From a virus: 64,000 nt of DNA. The stretch is taken from positions 1 through 64,000 of IMG/VR virus record IMGVR_UViG_3300028412_000004; one strand, 5' to 3'. Position numbers and translations under genes: made by a program. Below are positions 1 through 8,527 of this stretch, in pieces (the stretch's first letter is position 1; each line of letters begins with the position of its first letter). Under the pieces are notes generated by a model. The model was given only the letters and a program-made list of their open reading frames with translations. It was not told the origin of the DNA and ran no database searches.

Positions 1-178
1 AAACTTCATCGAAGGAGTTGGTGGATTCGGCAAATCCCCGCTGCTCGCCCTGCAAAATCTCGTGGAAGAAATCGCCAAGCAGGAAGGTCACCCGTGCGAC
101 GACGCAAAGATATTTCTCCGATGAACATCGAAGTGTCTCATGACTGAGGAACGAAGGAATTTAGACAACTGACTGGTT

Positions 179-472
179 ATGAAAAATTGGACTGAACGAG
201 GACTAGACAAACTATCGCTAAACGTGGCGAACCCAGTGGAACATGCCGCCGAAGAGTATTGGTGTGCTATGAAGATACTAGATGAACGAAACATTCCGAG
301 ATTCTACGAAGACGAAGAGCTTTCCCTTGTGGGGCGTATCGACTTCGCTATGGGCTGTTTTCATAACACCGAGGAAGGCCAGCTGAATGTCGCGGCGAGC
401 GGACAGAAAGAGGACGTTTGCAAGAAATGCGCCGAAATGGAAGAGGCAGTTACCAACTCGCCTACGCGCTAA
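179..472 (+). CDS. hypothetical protein
   Basis: 97-aa ORF in + strand gene chain, no recognised motif. Confidence 0.6.
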   Translation: MKNWTERGLDKLSLNVANPVEHAAEEYWCAMKILDERNIPRFYEDEELSLVGRIDFAMGCFHNTEEGQLNVAASGQKEDVCKKCAEMEEAVTNSPTR

Positions 473-503
473 AAAAATACATCAACACAAAGAAAGATTA
501 ACT

Positions 504-968
504 ATGGCTAATTATTACTGCACTGCACGAACGAACTACTTCATGGTCAAAAGCCTCAAGGAGTTCGCCGAATCAATGTCCCGCTTCGACGTACAAATTA
601 TCTTCGAAGATCGACACTATAAGGAAGAGGAGTTGAAAGCCCACCTGGCTCAGGACATCCCCCACGAGGTCGGGCTATACTCCATCGACGAAAACAGCGG
701 AGACTGGTCCACCATCGACCCGGATGACGAATACTACGACTTGACGCAGGAGGAGAAGGACATGTCCTTCTACGAGATCGTCGCACAGCACCTCACCGAG
801 GACGCTGTTGCGGTGTTCCAGGAGGTTGGCGCAGAGAAGGCCCGATACCTGTGCGGCTACGCCGTAGCAATCCGGCACGACCTGAAGACGCTTGATGTCA
901 GTATCGACGACATCTTTGTCAAGGTGCAGGAACAATGGGGCAAGGAGCCCACACTCTGCCAATACTGA
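504..968 (+). CDS. hypothetical acidic phage protein
   Basis: Start moved from 387 to ATG 504 (AT-rich AACTATG context); MANYYCTARTNYF... Confidence 0.7.
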   Translation: MANYYCTARTNYFMVKSLKEFAESMSRFDVQIIFEDRHYKEEELKAHLAQDIPHEVGLYSIDENSGDWSTIDPDDEYYDLTQEEKDMSFYEIVAQHLTEDAVAVFQEVGAEKARYLCGYAVAIRHDLKTLDVSIDDIFVKVQEQWGKEPTLCQY

Positions 969-1042
969 TGGCGCTACACCGTATGGACGTCGATTACGGA
1001 CGTCTTATAGTAGAGACAAAAATAAAAAGAAAGAGAAATATT

Positions 1043-1438
1043 ATGGGAAGATCAGTAGAAACATCGAGCAGCGCCCTGAGCGTAACGTATACCACCTTTG
1101 AACCGGAGCCCGATGACGAGTTCGAATGGGATTGCTTTGTCGAGGATATACAGGAGTATTTGCCCACCTTTTACCCCTCACTTGAGAAGGCGGACGATTG
1201 GTTATGTTACCCCTACCAGGAGACTGCAATCATCCTGCAGAATGAACAGGTAAATATATGCCTGTCTGAATACTGCGGGGTGTGGGCCATCCAAGTCATT
1301 CCCCGGGAAGATCGAGACGATTCAGCGCTGGTTAAACGTAACGGGACCCTGATCGGGGATCGCATCGAATCAATCTGGGGTCAGCTTAAAAAGCTTGGCT
1401 CTTTTTCCAACGGCGAAGTCGTATTTGCCTCTGCTTAA
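1043..1438 (+). CDS. hypothetical protein
   Basis: ATG 1043 in TATTATG context, in frame with ORF 935. Confidence 0.65.
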   Translation: MGRSVETSSSALSVTYTTFEPEPDDEFEWDCFVEDIQEYLPTFYPSLEKADDWLCYPYQETAIILQNEQVNICLSEYCGVWAIQVIPREDRDDSALVKRNGTLIGDRIESIWGQLKKLGSFSNGEVVFASA

Positions 1439-1579
1439 ACTATCACCAACCACAAACGAAAGAGAAAAATGAATGACCTAATTACATCAAACGCGATCAT
1501 CAACCGTAAGCTCAATCCTACCCGAACGTGGGTTGAGGAAATTTCTTTCTGAGAACCCCGAAGTAATTAAAACAATATC

Positions 1580-2176
1580 ATGAGCAGTAATAAAAAGAAA
1601 TACACCAGAGAGACCGCGGAAACGGCCCTATGCATTTGGGAGTGGGTGCTGGAAAACCGCCTACATAAAGCCAGCCGCAACGTTACTATCGAGACGTGGC
1701 TGTCTAAAGTCGGAGGAACGGTCTCGCTACGGGCGCACGTGTTGCAGCTTGCAGCATTCATGACGCTGTGTGAGCGTGAACTGGAGAAGTCGGAGAATAC
1801 CCTGGATCTATGGATCGCACCATTCGATTGGGAGATCGTTCCTAAAGTTATGGCACGCTACACTTGTGGTGAGTTCCCAGTTACCCTAGATAAAGCGAAG
1901 TTCCAATACGCAGTGGCGTTTACCTACGCCACTCAATACGACAGCAAAACAGGGAAATTCAAAATTCAAATACCATCACTGCGTGGGTGGGCTGATGTAA
2001 AAGTATCGGAGGACGGCGGCACTTATAAGGACAATCACTATGATAGTGCGCGAGAAGCCGGCGAGGAGTTGGATGGTATGATGCAGGATCTACCTGATTA
2101 CGTTGGGCGCGTTGTTACAGCAGACACGGAAGCCGACGAGGACCTATACGATACGGATGATGCAGCGCTACTATGA
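1580..2176 (+). CDS. hypothetical protein
   Basis: 198-aa ORF, ATGA overlap with next gene. Confidence 0.65.
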   Translation: MSSNKKKYTRETAETALCIWEWVLENRLHKASRNVTIETWLSKVGGTVSLRAHVLQLAAFMTLCERELEKSENTLDLWIAPFDWEIVPKVMARYTCGEFPVTLDKAKFQYAVAFTYATQYDSKTGKFKIQIPSLRGWADVKVSEDGGTYKDNHYDSAREAGEELDGMMQDLPDYVGRVVTADTEADEDLYDTDDAALL

Positions 2177-2400
2177 GTGATAAAGTCACATTACTATTCG
2201 CCTGCGACGACGCGCACAAGAGCGACTCTATGTTGCTTCTAGGGTCGGCCTCGGACAGGCAGGAAGCTTATCTACTTCTTACAGGGTTGATCGAGAGGGA
2301 CGGTACCACACCTTTAAGCGCGGATGATGCGCGCCTGTTCCAGCTAATCGGCGAAGGGCAGTTCCACACCACAGAGCTAACAATCGGAGATAAATTATGA
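2173..2400 (+). CDS. hypothetical protein
   Basis: Coupled by ATGA overlaps at both ends. Confidence 0.6.
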   Translation: MSDKVTLLFACDDAHKSDSMLLLGSASDRQEAYLLLTGLIERDGTTPLSADDARLFQLIGEGQFHTTELTIGDKL

Positions 2401-2675
2401 AAATACAAGAAACAAACGAATTGAGCAAACCGACTGGTTCTGTGTCCGATGCAGCAAGGGGCGCAGTGGAGGTCTGTAACAAGACTGGTGTGAATCGAGT
2501 AATACCAGCAATTCACCACGGATGTCTTCGATTCCTTCTTTCAGAGGGTCCGGAGAATGTCGGCGGTATCGTGTTTCGAGACGATACCTATAACTACGAC
2601 GCGCTAAAAAAGCTGGCCGATGAAGTAAACGAAATTCTTACACGGAATAATGGCTTGGAGATATATAGCAAATGA
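2397..2675 (+). CDS. hypothetical protein
   Basis: Coupled by ATGA overlaps. Confidence 0.6.
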   Translation: MKIQETNELSKPTGSVSDAARGAVEVCNKTGVNRVIPAIHHGCLRFLLSEGPENVGGIVFRDDTYNYDALKKLADEVNEILTRNNGLEIYSK

Positions 2676-3211
2676 AACAATCAGAAGACAGAACTATTGA
2701 AGAATGGCATCAAATATTACCTGAAGCGGTGCGAGATATCGCGCTGGAAGAATGCCGCAAACAAGGAATCGATATGTATAGTGTGCGCCCATCGCTAAAG
2801 CAGGCGATTGATACTTTTACCTGGAGCAAAACTTCTCTTGGTTTCGGCTTTTGGGAAGCGATATCCCTACTAGCCTTAGAGTTCAAGCTCCACGCCCCTG
2901 ACTATTCGGATTTCCGGTCCGCCTGCCTCAAGGAACTTCATAGCGTTCAGGGACCCGTCGAGGAGAGCCACGAGAAATCAGCGCTGGAGACCCAGGAAGG
3001 AGGCTCACACTACAAAGACATGAAGATCAAAGTGGTGGAGTATATCGATATCGATATCAATGACATTGACTACCTTTCGGGCAACGTGATCAAATACGCA
3101 TCTCGTCACCGACACAAGAATGGGGCGGAGGATATCCGTAAGGCGATCCACTACTGCCAAATCATCCTTAAGCTGCAATATGCGGAGGACACGGGGGTCG
3201 ATGATGAGTAA
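2672..3211 (+). CDS. DUF3310 (SaV-like) domain protein
   Basis: C-terminal GGSHY...GNVIKYASRHRHKNGAEDIRKAIHY pattern typical of DUF3310. Confidence 0.75.
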   Translation: MKQSEDRTIEEWHQILPEAVRDIALEECRKQGIDMYSVRPSLKQAIDTFTWSKTSLGFGFWEAISLLALEFKLHAPDYSDFRSACLKELHSVQGPVEESHEKSALETQEGGSHYKDMKIKVVEYIDIDINDIDYLSGNVIKYASRHRHKNGAEDIRKAIHYCQIILKLQYAEDTGVDDE

Positions 3212-3467
3212 GGAGGAACCGACCGGATCTATTGGGGTCGGTGATCGCGTAAGGATAATCGGAGGCGGCCCGATGGCGAGAGGGCTTATTGGAGTCGTCC
3301 AGCGTCTCGACACATCACGGCAGGGGCGATGCTACGTCACGTCAGGCGGGAAAATCTCCCTTGGGGTTTTCGACTCCGAAGAATCCGCGAGAGAAGCCTG
3401 TGAAAGTCACTACCTAGCGAACAAAAAGACCGGCGGACACGAGCCGGCAACAATGAAATCTCAATAA
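3204..3467 (+). CDS. hypothetical protein, reads into attC1
   Basis: ATG 3201/3204 overlaps previous stop; C-terminus LGVFDSEESAREACESHYL resembles that of 4913..5170. Confidence 0.6.
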   Translation: MSKEEPTGSIGVGDRVRIIGGGPMARGLIGVVQRLDTSRQGRCYVTSGGKISLGVFDSEESAREACESHYLANKKTGGHEPATMKSQ

Positions 3468-3544
3468 ACCACAAAGATAATATGCAAAAAGAAGATACAA
3501 ACTCACCGCGAGATGAGGGGTTGCTGCCTCCCGAATTGTTAGCC
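3416..3544 (+). other. attC-like site 1
   Basis: AGCGAAC ... GGCAAC/GTTGCT and ATCTC/GAGAT arms ... GTTAGCC; pairing moderate. Confidence 0.6.
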
Positions 3545-3799
3545 TTTGTCCGAGTAATCCCACACCCGTGGAAGACAGGGGAAACGCGCAACGTGTACGA
3601 GTTCCCGGTGACTCGGAAAATCATCATCGAGGCTGATCCAACCATCCCGGCGGATGAAATCCTCGATATGGCGGCTCGCTGCCACGACAGGGAGCTAGGG
3701 TTAGATATTACGGGAGGCGCCCTGGTAGGCGGCTACAAGATGTCTCTTTCTCCGGCTAACACGCAGACTACTCAATCCGACAATAACACCAGAGTATAA
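3482..3799 (+). CDS. cassette ORF, start inside attC1
   Basis: MQKEDTN start shared with 5605; ends inside attC2. Confidence 0.65.
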   Translation: MQKEDTNSPRDEGLLPPELLAFVRVIPHPWKTGETRNVYEFPVTRKIIIEADPTIPADEILDMAARCHDRELGLDITGGALVGGYKMSLSPANTQTTQSDNNTRV

Positions 3800-3880
3800 C
3801 AATATGGGATTAGGAAATATAGACAAAATAACACCAAAGAAACGCCGCGACTCGGATTTGAGTATGTCGGCTGGTTCTAG
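3754..3880 (+). other. attC-like site 2
   Basis: GGCTAAC; TACTCAATCCGA pairs with TCGGAT[T]TGAGTA; GTTCTAG. Confidence 0.8.
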
Positions 3881-4190
3881 GCTGGAACAGGCTATGCTAA
3901 TCCAGCGAGCGATCGACGCTCTAAGGGACTACGATAAACACACCCTGGAGCGCTGCCTCACGCGGGCCCTTTCGGAGGCGGTCAGGAACGCAGCCGACTC
4001 GCAACGCTTAGACTGGCTGCAAGATAACTGTGAGGTGGTAGTCTCGACAAACACGGGAGGCCGAGAGCTTTTCGGTTTTAACGCGCAGATGAGCAGCGAC
4101 TTCCCGGCTCTACGAGAGTTGATAGATGCACAAATTCTTTCCAAGAACACTGAGACCAGACAATCCGCAAACGGAAATAACCATAAGTAA
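3804..4190 (+). CDS. cassette ORF, start inside attC2
   Basis: 128 aa; contains DSQRLDWLQ motif common in small phage proteins. Confidence 0.65.
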   Translation: MGLGNIDKITPKKRRDSDLSMSAGSRLEQAMLIQRAIDALRDYDKHTLERCLTRALSEAVRNAADSQRLDWLQDNCEVVVSTNTGGRELFGFNAQMSSDFPALRELIDAQILSKNTETRQSANGNNHK

Positions 4191-4247
4191 AACACCTAAT
4201 CAATCAACTACCAGCGACTCGGATTTGTCTACATCGCCTGGTTATAA
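4142..4247 (+). other. attC-like site 3
   Basis: CAAGAAC; AGACAATCCG pairs with CGGAT[T]TGTCT; GTTATAA. Confidence 0.8.
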
Positions 4248-4250
4248 ATA

Positions 4251-4508
4251 ATGGCTACAATACAATCTCACCTACAAGAACTCGAAGAATGCCTATCGAA
4301 AGGGCAACTTCTCGACTCGTTTGCCGTGCGGCCTGTGGTGCGCTCGCTAAAGTTCAGTCTGAAACAAATTGAGGCGATGCAAACGGCACTAGCCGACTGC
4401 TGGGAACTGCTCGACGAAGCCGAAAAAGACGAAATTAACATTCGTGACGAAATGGAAAAATGGGAAAGGGCTTACGGTCACTTCCTCCCTTCTAACGATG
4501 AGCACTAG
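4251..4508 (+). CDS. cassette ORF (helical/coiled coil)
   Basis: 85 aa, starts just after attC3, ends PSNDEH in attC4. Confidence 0.65.
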   Translation: MATIQSHLQELEECLSKGQLLDSFAVRPVVRSLKFSLKQIEAMQTALADCWELLDEAEKDEINIRDEMEKWERAYGHFLPSNDEH

Positions 4509-4563
4509 CACGCAGAGAGAGAGGAACTAGCGAAAGGCATTGCCTGGCTCGGGCTTGATTGCC
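4490..4563 (+). other. degenerate attC-like site 4
   Basis: TTCTAAC left core intact; right core reads GATT rather than GTT. Confidence 0.4.
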
Positions 4564-4607
4564 TCTACCATAGATCACGGAATCGGAGCTCAGCTAATGG
4601 CTTTAAT

Positions 4608-4698
4608 TTAGAACGCCGAGTTATCTGACCGCCAACCATAAAACAATAAAATTGAACAAGGACGCTGACTGGCGGTTCAAAGCGACGCCTTGTTCGGG
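4608..4698 (+). other. attC-like site 5
   Basis: TTAGAAC; TGACCGCCA pairs with TGGCGG[T]TCA; GTTCGGG. Confidence 0.8.
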
Positions 4699-4710
4699 AA
4701 TCAAATTATA

Positions 4711-4920
4711 ATGAAAATCGACATAGCGAAAGAAGACCTATGGTGGCTGCGCGAAGCCGTAAAACTATTCATCATCACGATGGAAAATTGCCCGAACCCA
4801 GCGGCGTACTCGAAATGCCCACATGTGGTGAGGAAGGCGTACAAGAAACTCTCGACAGCAATGAGGGGGTGGGATTATGAAGAAAGATATTTTCCGAACG
4901 TGGAGGTGAATCATGCATGA
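4711..4920 (+). CDS. cassette ORF
   Basis: ATG 4711; ends FPNVEVNHA inside attC6. Confidence 0.6.
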   Translation: MKIDIAKEDLWWLREAVKLFIITMENCPNPAAYSKCPHVVRKAYKKLSTAMRGWDYEERYFPNVEVNHA

Positions 4921-4956
4921 GCAGCATACTGGATTGAATCAAGTTCTTGGTTCGCT
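4893..4956 (+). other. attC-like site 6 (short)
   Basis: TCCGAAC ... GTTCGCT, imperfect GAATCA/TGAATC arms. Confidence 0.6.
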
Positions 4957-5170
4957 TTTTTGGAGACGGCGCTCGACTGGAACGCACCGCTATTTGAAAG
5001 TCCTGACGGATAGGGGATGTCGTGAAACTGGCTATTACATCTGGCCACATCTTAACGGAAAAACGTTCCATGCCTGTATCGAAGGTCGACAAGATCTAGG
5101 GAAGTTCAAGAACTCCTTAGAGGCGCAGACTTTTTGTGAGAATCATTACTTAGAGCACTGTGAATACTAA
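4913..5170 (+). CDS. cassette ORF, start inside attC6
   Basis: C-terminus LGKFKNSLEAQTFCENHYL resembles that of 3204..3467. Confidence 0.6.
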   Translation: MHEQHTGLNQVLGSLFWRRRSTGTHRYLKVLTDRGCRETGYYIWPHLNGKTFHACIEGRQDLGKFKNSLEAQTFCENHYLEHCEY

Positions 5171-5522
5171 TACACAGAAAGGCCGGGAGAAACCGACACC
5201 CAGGTACACCTTGCCAAGCCGGCTATCAAACTTCCTGGGAAGGTGGGGCGAGTATGACCTCTACTTCGACTCTGATTGTTGTATTGCTCGCTACGGCGAC
5301 AAGCCTCACGAGTATCTGGCGGGAGACTGGGAGACGTACAAAGAACAGGCACTCAGCGGTCGTGTATCCTTAGAAAACCAACACCGCAGCCCTACACTTG
5401 AGTGCTTCTTCAGGGCTTACCGCAACAAACTAATCATAGAGGTAGAATGCGCTTCGAATGGCAAGGGCGTTGCTCTGCCTGACGGCATACGAAAAGGACA
5501 GGGAGCGGAAAGAGCGCGGTGA
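5160..5522 (+). CDS. hypothetical protein
   Basis: GTG start overlapping previous gene. Confidence 0.55.
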   Translation: MNTNTQKGREKPTPRYTLPSRLSNFLGRWGEYDLYFDSDCCIARYGDKPHEYLAGDWETYKEQALSGRVSLENQHRSPTLECFFRAYRNKLIIEVECASNGKGVALPDGIRKGQGAERAR

Positions 5523-5604
5523 AATACCGCTACGAACAACCTACCCGCTGTAGAACACTACCCCGGTACAGCTACAAAATCTAACAACAAACCAAAAGGA
5601 TAAT

Positions 5605-5967
5605 ATGCAAAAAGAAGATACAAATGTAAATGTAGGCTCGGTAATGGGTCGGCTAGCTCGACTGGTTCGACTGGCAAGTAAATGGGCTTGGCGCGAAGAA
5701 TTAGGACGGTATCAAAACGTCACTGAGGACGCCCAGTCATTAGTTGACGCTCTTATGCGTGGAGAACCGGCAAACGCCTATTGTGGGTATGGTCGATACG
5801 GTCAAGCGTCAAACTACCGCGACGAACTGAAGTGTTCGCTCCGTGACCTGAAGTCGAACGATGAGGAGTTGGTAGCTCCCGCTAGTTATGTGAGACCGTC
5901 CACCCGAGGCGAGCTGCACGACAAGCTAGAACAGGGTATCGAGTGCGAGGTAGAGAATAGTGCTTGA
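5605..5967 (+). CDS. cassette ORF, start in attC-like loop
   Basis: MQKEDTN...RLARLVR leader crosses GTTCGAC at 5665. Confidence 0.6.
   Translation: MQKEDTNVNVGSVMGRLARLVRLASKWAWREELGRYQNVTEDAQSLVDALMRGEPANAYCGYGRYGQASNYRDELKCSLRDLKSNDEELVAPASYVRPSTRGELHDKLEQGIECEVENSA
5630..5671 (+). other. attC-like right arm (left arm decayed)
   Basis: GGGTCGGCTAGCTCGACTG-GTTCGAC; core complementary to GTCGAAC at 5853. Confidence 0.55.
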
Positions 5968-5991
5968 CTACTTAGGCAAACCTAGCATAAT
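5964..5991 (+). promoter_or_regulatory. sigma70-like promoter for tnpA
   Basis: TTGACT-16 nt-CATAAT, 8 nt before ATG 6000. Confidence 0.55.
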
Positions 5992-5999
5992 GTCTGTAA

Positions 6000-6617
6000 A
6001 TGGAGCAGAGATTAATAAAGATAGGGGATGCAGCTAAGCTGTTGGGAACCACCGTAGATACAATGCGCAAGTGGGATGCTTCCGGGGAAGTAGTTCCGGC
6101 GCGTAAGACTAGAGGGGGTACGCGCTACTACGATTACAATGAGCTGGTAGGCAGCTCCTCTAGTGAGCTGCCTACCATATGTTATGCTCGTGTGAGTTCT
6201 CACTCTCAGAAAGATGACCTAGAACGTCAGCACGCATCTCTCGAGGCCTACTGCGCCGCCAAGGGGTGGAGAAGTGAAACAATAAAAGATCTAGGCTCAG
6301 GGATGAACTACCGAAAGCGCGGGCTACATAGCTTGCTAGAAATGATCCTGCGTAAACGCATGAAGCGGCTTGTATTAACACACAAGGACAGGCTCCTGCG
6401 TTTCGGGGCCGAGCTGGTATTCGCTATGTGTGAACACCAAGGCATAGAAATTGTTATAATTCATAAAGGAGAGCAGCCTTCTTTTGAAGAAGAGTTAGCC
6501 TCCGATGTGTTGGAGATCATCACCGTATTCTCCGCGCGTCTGTATGGTTCAAGAAGCCACAAGCACAAGAAGCTACTTAACACTCTGGAGGAAGAATGTT
6601 CGCAGCCCACAAAATAG
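6000..6617 (+). CDS. tnpA: IS607 serine transposase/resolvase
   Basis: N-terminal MerR-type HTH, YARVSS catalytic serine, DRLLRFG motif. Confidence 0.95.
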   Translation: MEQRLIKIGDAAKLLGTTVDTMRKWDASGEVVPARKTRGGTRYYDYNELVGSSSSELPTICYARVSSHSQKDDLERQHASLEAYCAAKGWRSETIKDLGSGMNYRKRGLHSLLEMILRKRMKRLVLTHKDRLLRFGAELVFAMCEHQGIEIVIIHKGEQPSFEEELASDVLEIITVFSARLYGSRSHKHKKLLNTLEEECSQPTK

Positions 6618-7777
6618 AACTACGCCCCACGCAAGCGCAGGCAGACTACATGGATCAGGCGTGTGGCAGCCGCAGGCATTGCTATAACCAGCTCCTAGCA
6701 CGCTTCAAGGAAGACGGTGTTAAGTGGAGTAAGAAGGACGCTTACGCCTACTATATGGAGACCATACGAACACAGTTTGATTGGTATGCGGAGGTGTCAT
6801 CCCGGGTAACCCGCAACGCGATTGATGACCTGGATGCCGCCTTTAAGCATTTCTTTAGGCGCGTAAAGTTGGGGCAGAAGCCGGGGTTCCCTACATTTAA
6901 GCGGAAAGACAGGAATGACTCATTCTCTATGCGTGAAGTTAGTAAGTTCACTGTAGCGGGGAGAACACTGCGTATCGAAAAGCTAAAGACCCGGATTAAA
7001 ATGCGACAACGCATTAGATTTAATGGGGGCGTTAAGCAGGTTACTATCAGTAAGCGGGCAGGTAAATACTTCGCCTCTTTTATGGTAGAGACCGCAGATG
7101 TGTCTGCTCCTCTAAATCAAGCAGGATCTGTTGGAGTAGATCTGGGAATTAAAGAACTTGCTGTATTAAGCGATGGGGCGGTAATCCCAGCTAGTCAGCC
7201 TTTAAAAAGATCCTTAAAGAAATTAAAGACAAAACAGAAGAAGTTGTCACGTAAGCAGAGTGGAAGCAACCGACGCGCAAAAGCCAAGTCGTCGATTGCC
7301 CTACTACATTACAGGGTGGCAAATCAACGAGCAGCAGTGTTGCACGAACTATCAGACTATCTAACGAAAACCTACAAGCGCGTAGTGCTGGAGGATCTAA
7401 ACGTCAAAGGTATGGTTAAAAACCATTGCCTGGCTCGTGCGATATCCGATGCAGGGTTTGGGATGTTTCGACAGATGGTTGAGTATAAAGCCAAATGGCG
7501 CGGGGTGGAAGTTGTCCTTGCAGACAGGTTCTTCCCTTCAAGCAAAACTTGCTCTGATTGCGGCGCGGTAAAGTCAATGCCCTTAAACCAGAGAACCTAC
7601 GAATGTTCGTGCGGTATGTTGAAGGACAGAGACTTAAACGCAGCAATTAACTTAAACAATTACGGTCGCGACACGCTAAAGCGAGACCTTAAACGAACAC
7701 AGGAGAAACGTCAGACTTGCAGAAATGTAAGCCGTTTTGTTAACGGTGTTAATTTACCAACGGCTAGATTAGCCTAG
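6596..7777 (+). CDS. tnpB: TnpB RNA-guided endonuclease
   Basis: RuvC motifs GVDLG, LEDL, DRDLNAAIN; Zn finger CSDCG...CSCG; catalytic residues intact. Confidence 0.95.
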   Translation: MFAAHKIELRPTQAQADYMDQACGSRRHCYNQLLARFKEDGVKWSKKDAYAYYMETIRTQFDWYAEVSSRVTRNAIDDLDAAFKHFFRRVKLGQKPGFPTFKRKDRNDSFSMREVSKFTVAGRTLRIEKLKTRIKMRQRIRFNGGVKQVTISKRAGKYFASFMVETADVSAPLNQAGSVGVDLGIKELAVLSDGAVIPASQPLKRSLKKLKTKQKKLSRKQSGSNRRAKAKSSIALLHYRVANQRAAVLHELSDYLTKTYKRVVLEDLNVKGMVKNHCLARAISDAGFGMFRQMVEYKAKWRGVEVVLADRFFPSSKTCSDCGAVKSMPLNQRTYECSCGMLKDRDLNAAINLNNYGRDTLKRDLKRTQEKRQTCRNVSRFVNGVNLPTARLA

Positions 7778-7815
7778 GTAATTATTAGCGGTTCTAAATC
7801 GACAACACTACGACT

Positions 7816-7959
7816 ATGAAATACAGCAAAGAGGTGAAATACAAAGGCGACATGCCGCAAAAGTCGGAATGGATGCTCGAAAATGAAAGACGATTTAAGC
7901 GCCGCCGCAAGATCATAAAGCTTTTGAAGCGGCTGCCATACCTACGGCCTTTAATTTAG
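7816..7959 (+). CDS. 47-aa basic cassette ORF
   Basis: MKYSKEVK...RPLI; TAG overlaps attC7 left core; ACTATG start context. Confidence 0.5.
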   Translation: MKYSKEVKYKGDMPQKSEWMLENERRFKRRRKIIKLLKRLPYLRPLI

Positions 7960-8077
7960 AACGCATGAGTGAACCCATCCCCCGACGAAAAACTATGAAA
8001 ACAGAAACGACTACCGAATCACCCGAAACTGCGACCTCTCCCGAAAAGGGGGATTGGCGTTCCACGTCTTGTTCGCT
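7956..8077 (+). other. attC-like site 7
   Basis: TTAGAAC; GAACCCATCCCCC pairs with GGGGGAT[T]GG[C]GTTC; GTTCGCT. Confidence 0.85.
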
Positions 8078-8441
8078 GTTCCGCGTCATTGTGCTTCACG
8101 GGGCACCAAAAGACTCCCACACATCGACCGAATGCTATTTGATCGCCGCCAGCGAGGAGGCTGTCGCCGCGTGGATCGACAAGGAAAAATGTTACGGCAA
8201 CTGGTTCGACGATGACGCCGAAGATGAACCGTCTATGCGCTACGCTGACGACGACTACGAGACAGAAATCCCCTTCAAGGATTGGGTGCTGAAAAACCGG
8301 GGGGATCTCAGCGACGATGAAGGCTGGGAGGATGCTTACTACGGCGTAACCAAGTGGGGATGGGAACCAGTCGAGGCAACTACCGACGACATCGAAACCA
8401 TGTTGCGCCTCGGAATCGCAATTCTCCCAGCGAACGCCTAG
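7995..8441 (+). CDS. acidic cassette protein, start inside attC7
   Basis: AACTATG at 7995, in frame with ORF 7965; stop inside attC8. Confidence 0.7.
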   Translation: MKTETTTESPETATSPEKGDWRSTSCSLFRVIVLHGAPKDSHTSTECYLIAASEEAVAAWIDKEKCYGNWFDDDAEDEPSMRYADDDYETEIPFKDWVLKNRGDLSDDEGWEDAYYGVTKWGWEPVEATTDDIETMLRLGIAILPANA

Positions 8442-8527
8442 CTCTGCCATGACTACCGCGCCCAAAAGCTCCGACCTCGCCAATGACTCCTTCGCGGTAG
8501 CCATTGGTCAGCAGCGTCTTGTTCGTC
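8429..8527 (+). other. attC-like site 8
   Basis: AGCGAAC; CTG-CC-ATG-ACTACCGCG pairs with CGCGGTAG-C-CAT[T]GG[T]CAG (two extra-helical bases); GTTCGTC. Confidence 0.9.

Larger units (their letters stand above)
5951..7791 (+). mobile_element. IS607-family insertion sequence (tnpA + tnpB)
   Basis: Overlapping serine transposase and TnpB genes; ends inferred from GG dinucleotides at 5949-5950 and 7790-7791 (left end uncertain). Confidence 0.85.

Noticed and set aside
3230-3250. Additional attC right arm upstream of site 1
   Set aside because: GATCGCG matches the expected GTTCGCT at only 5/7 and no left arm is visible.
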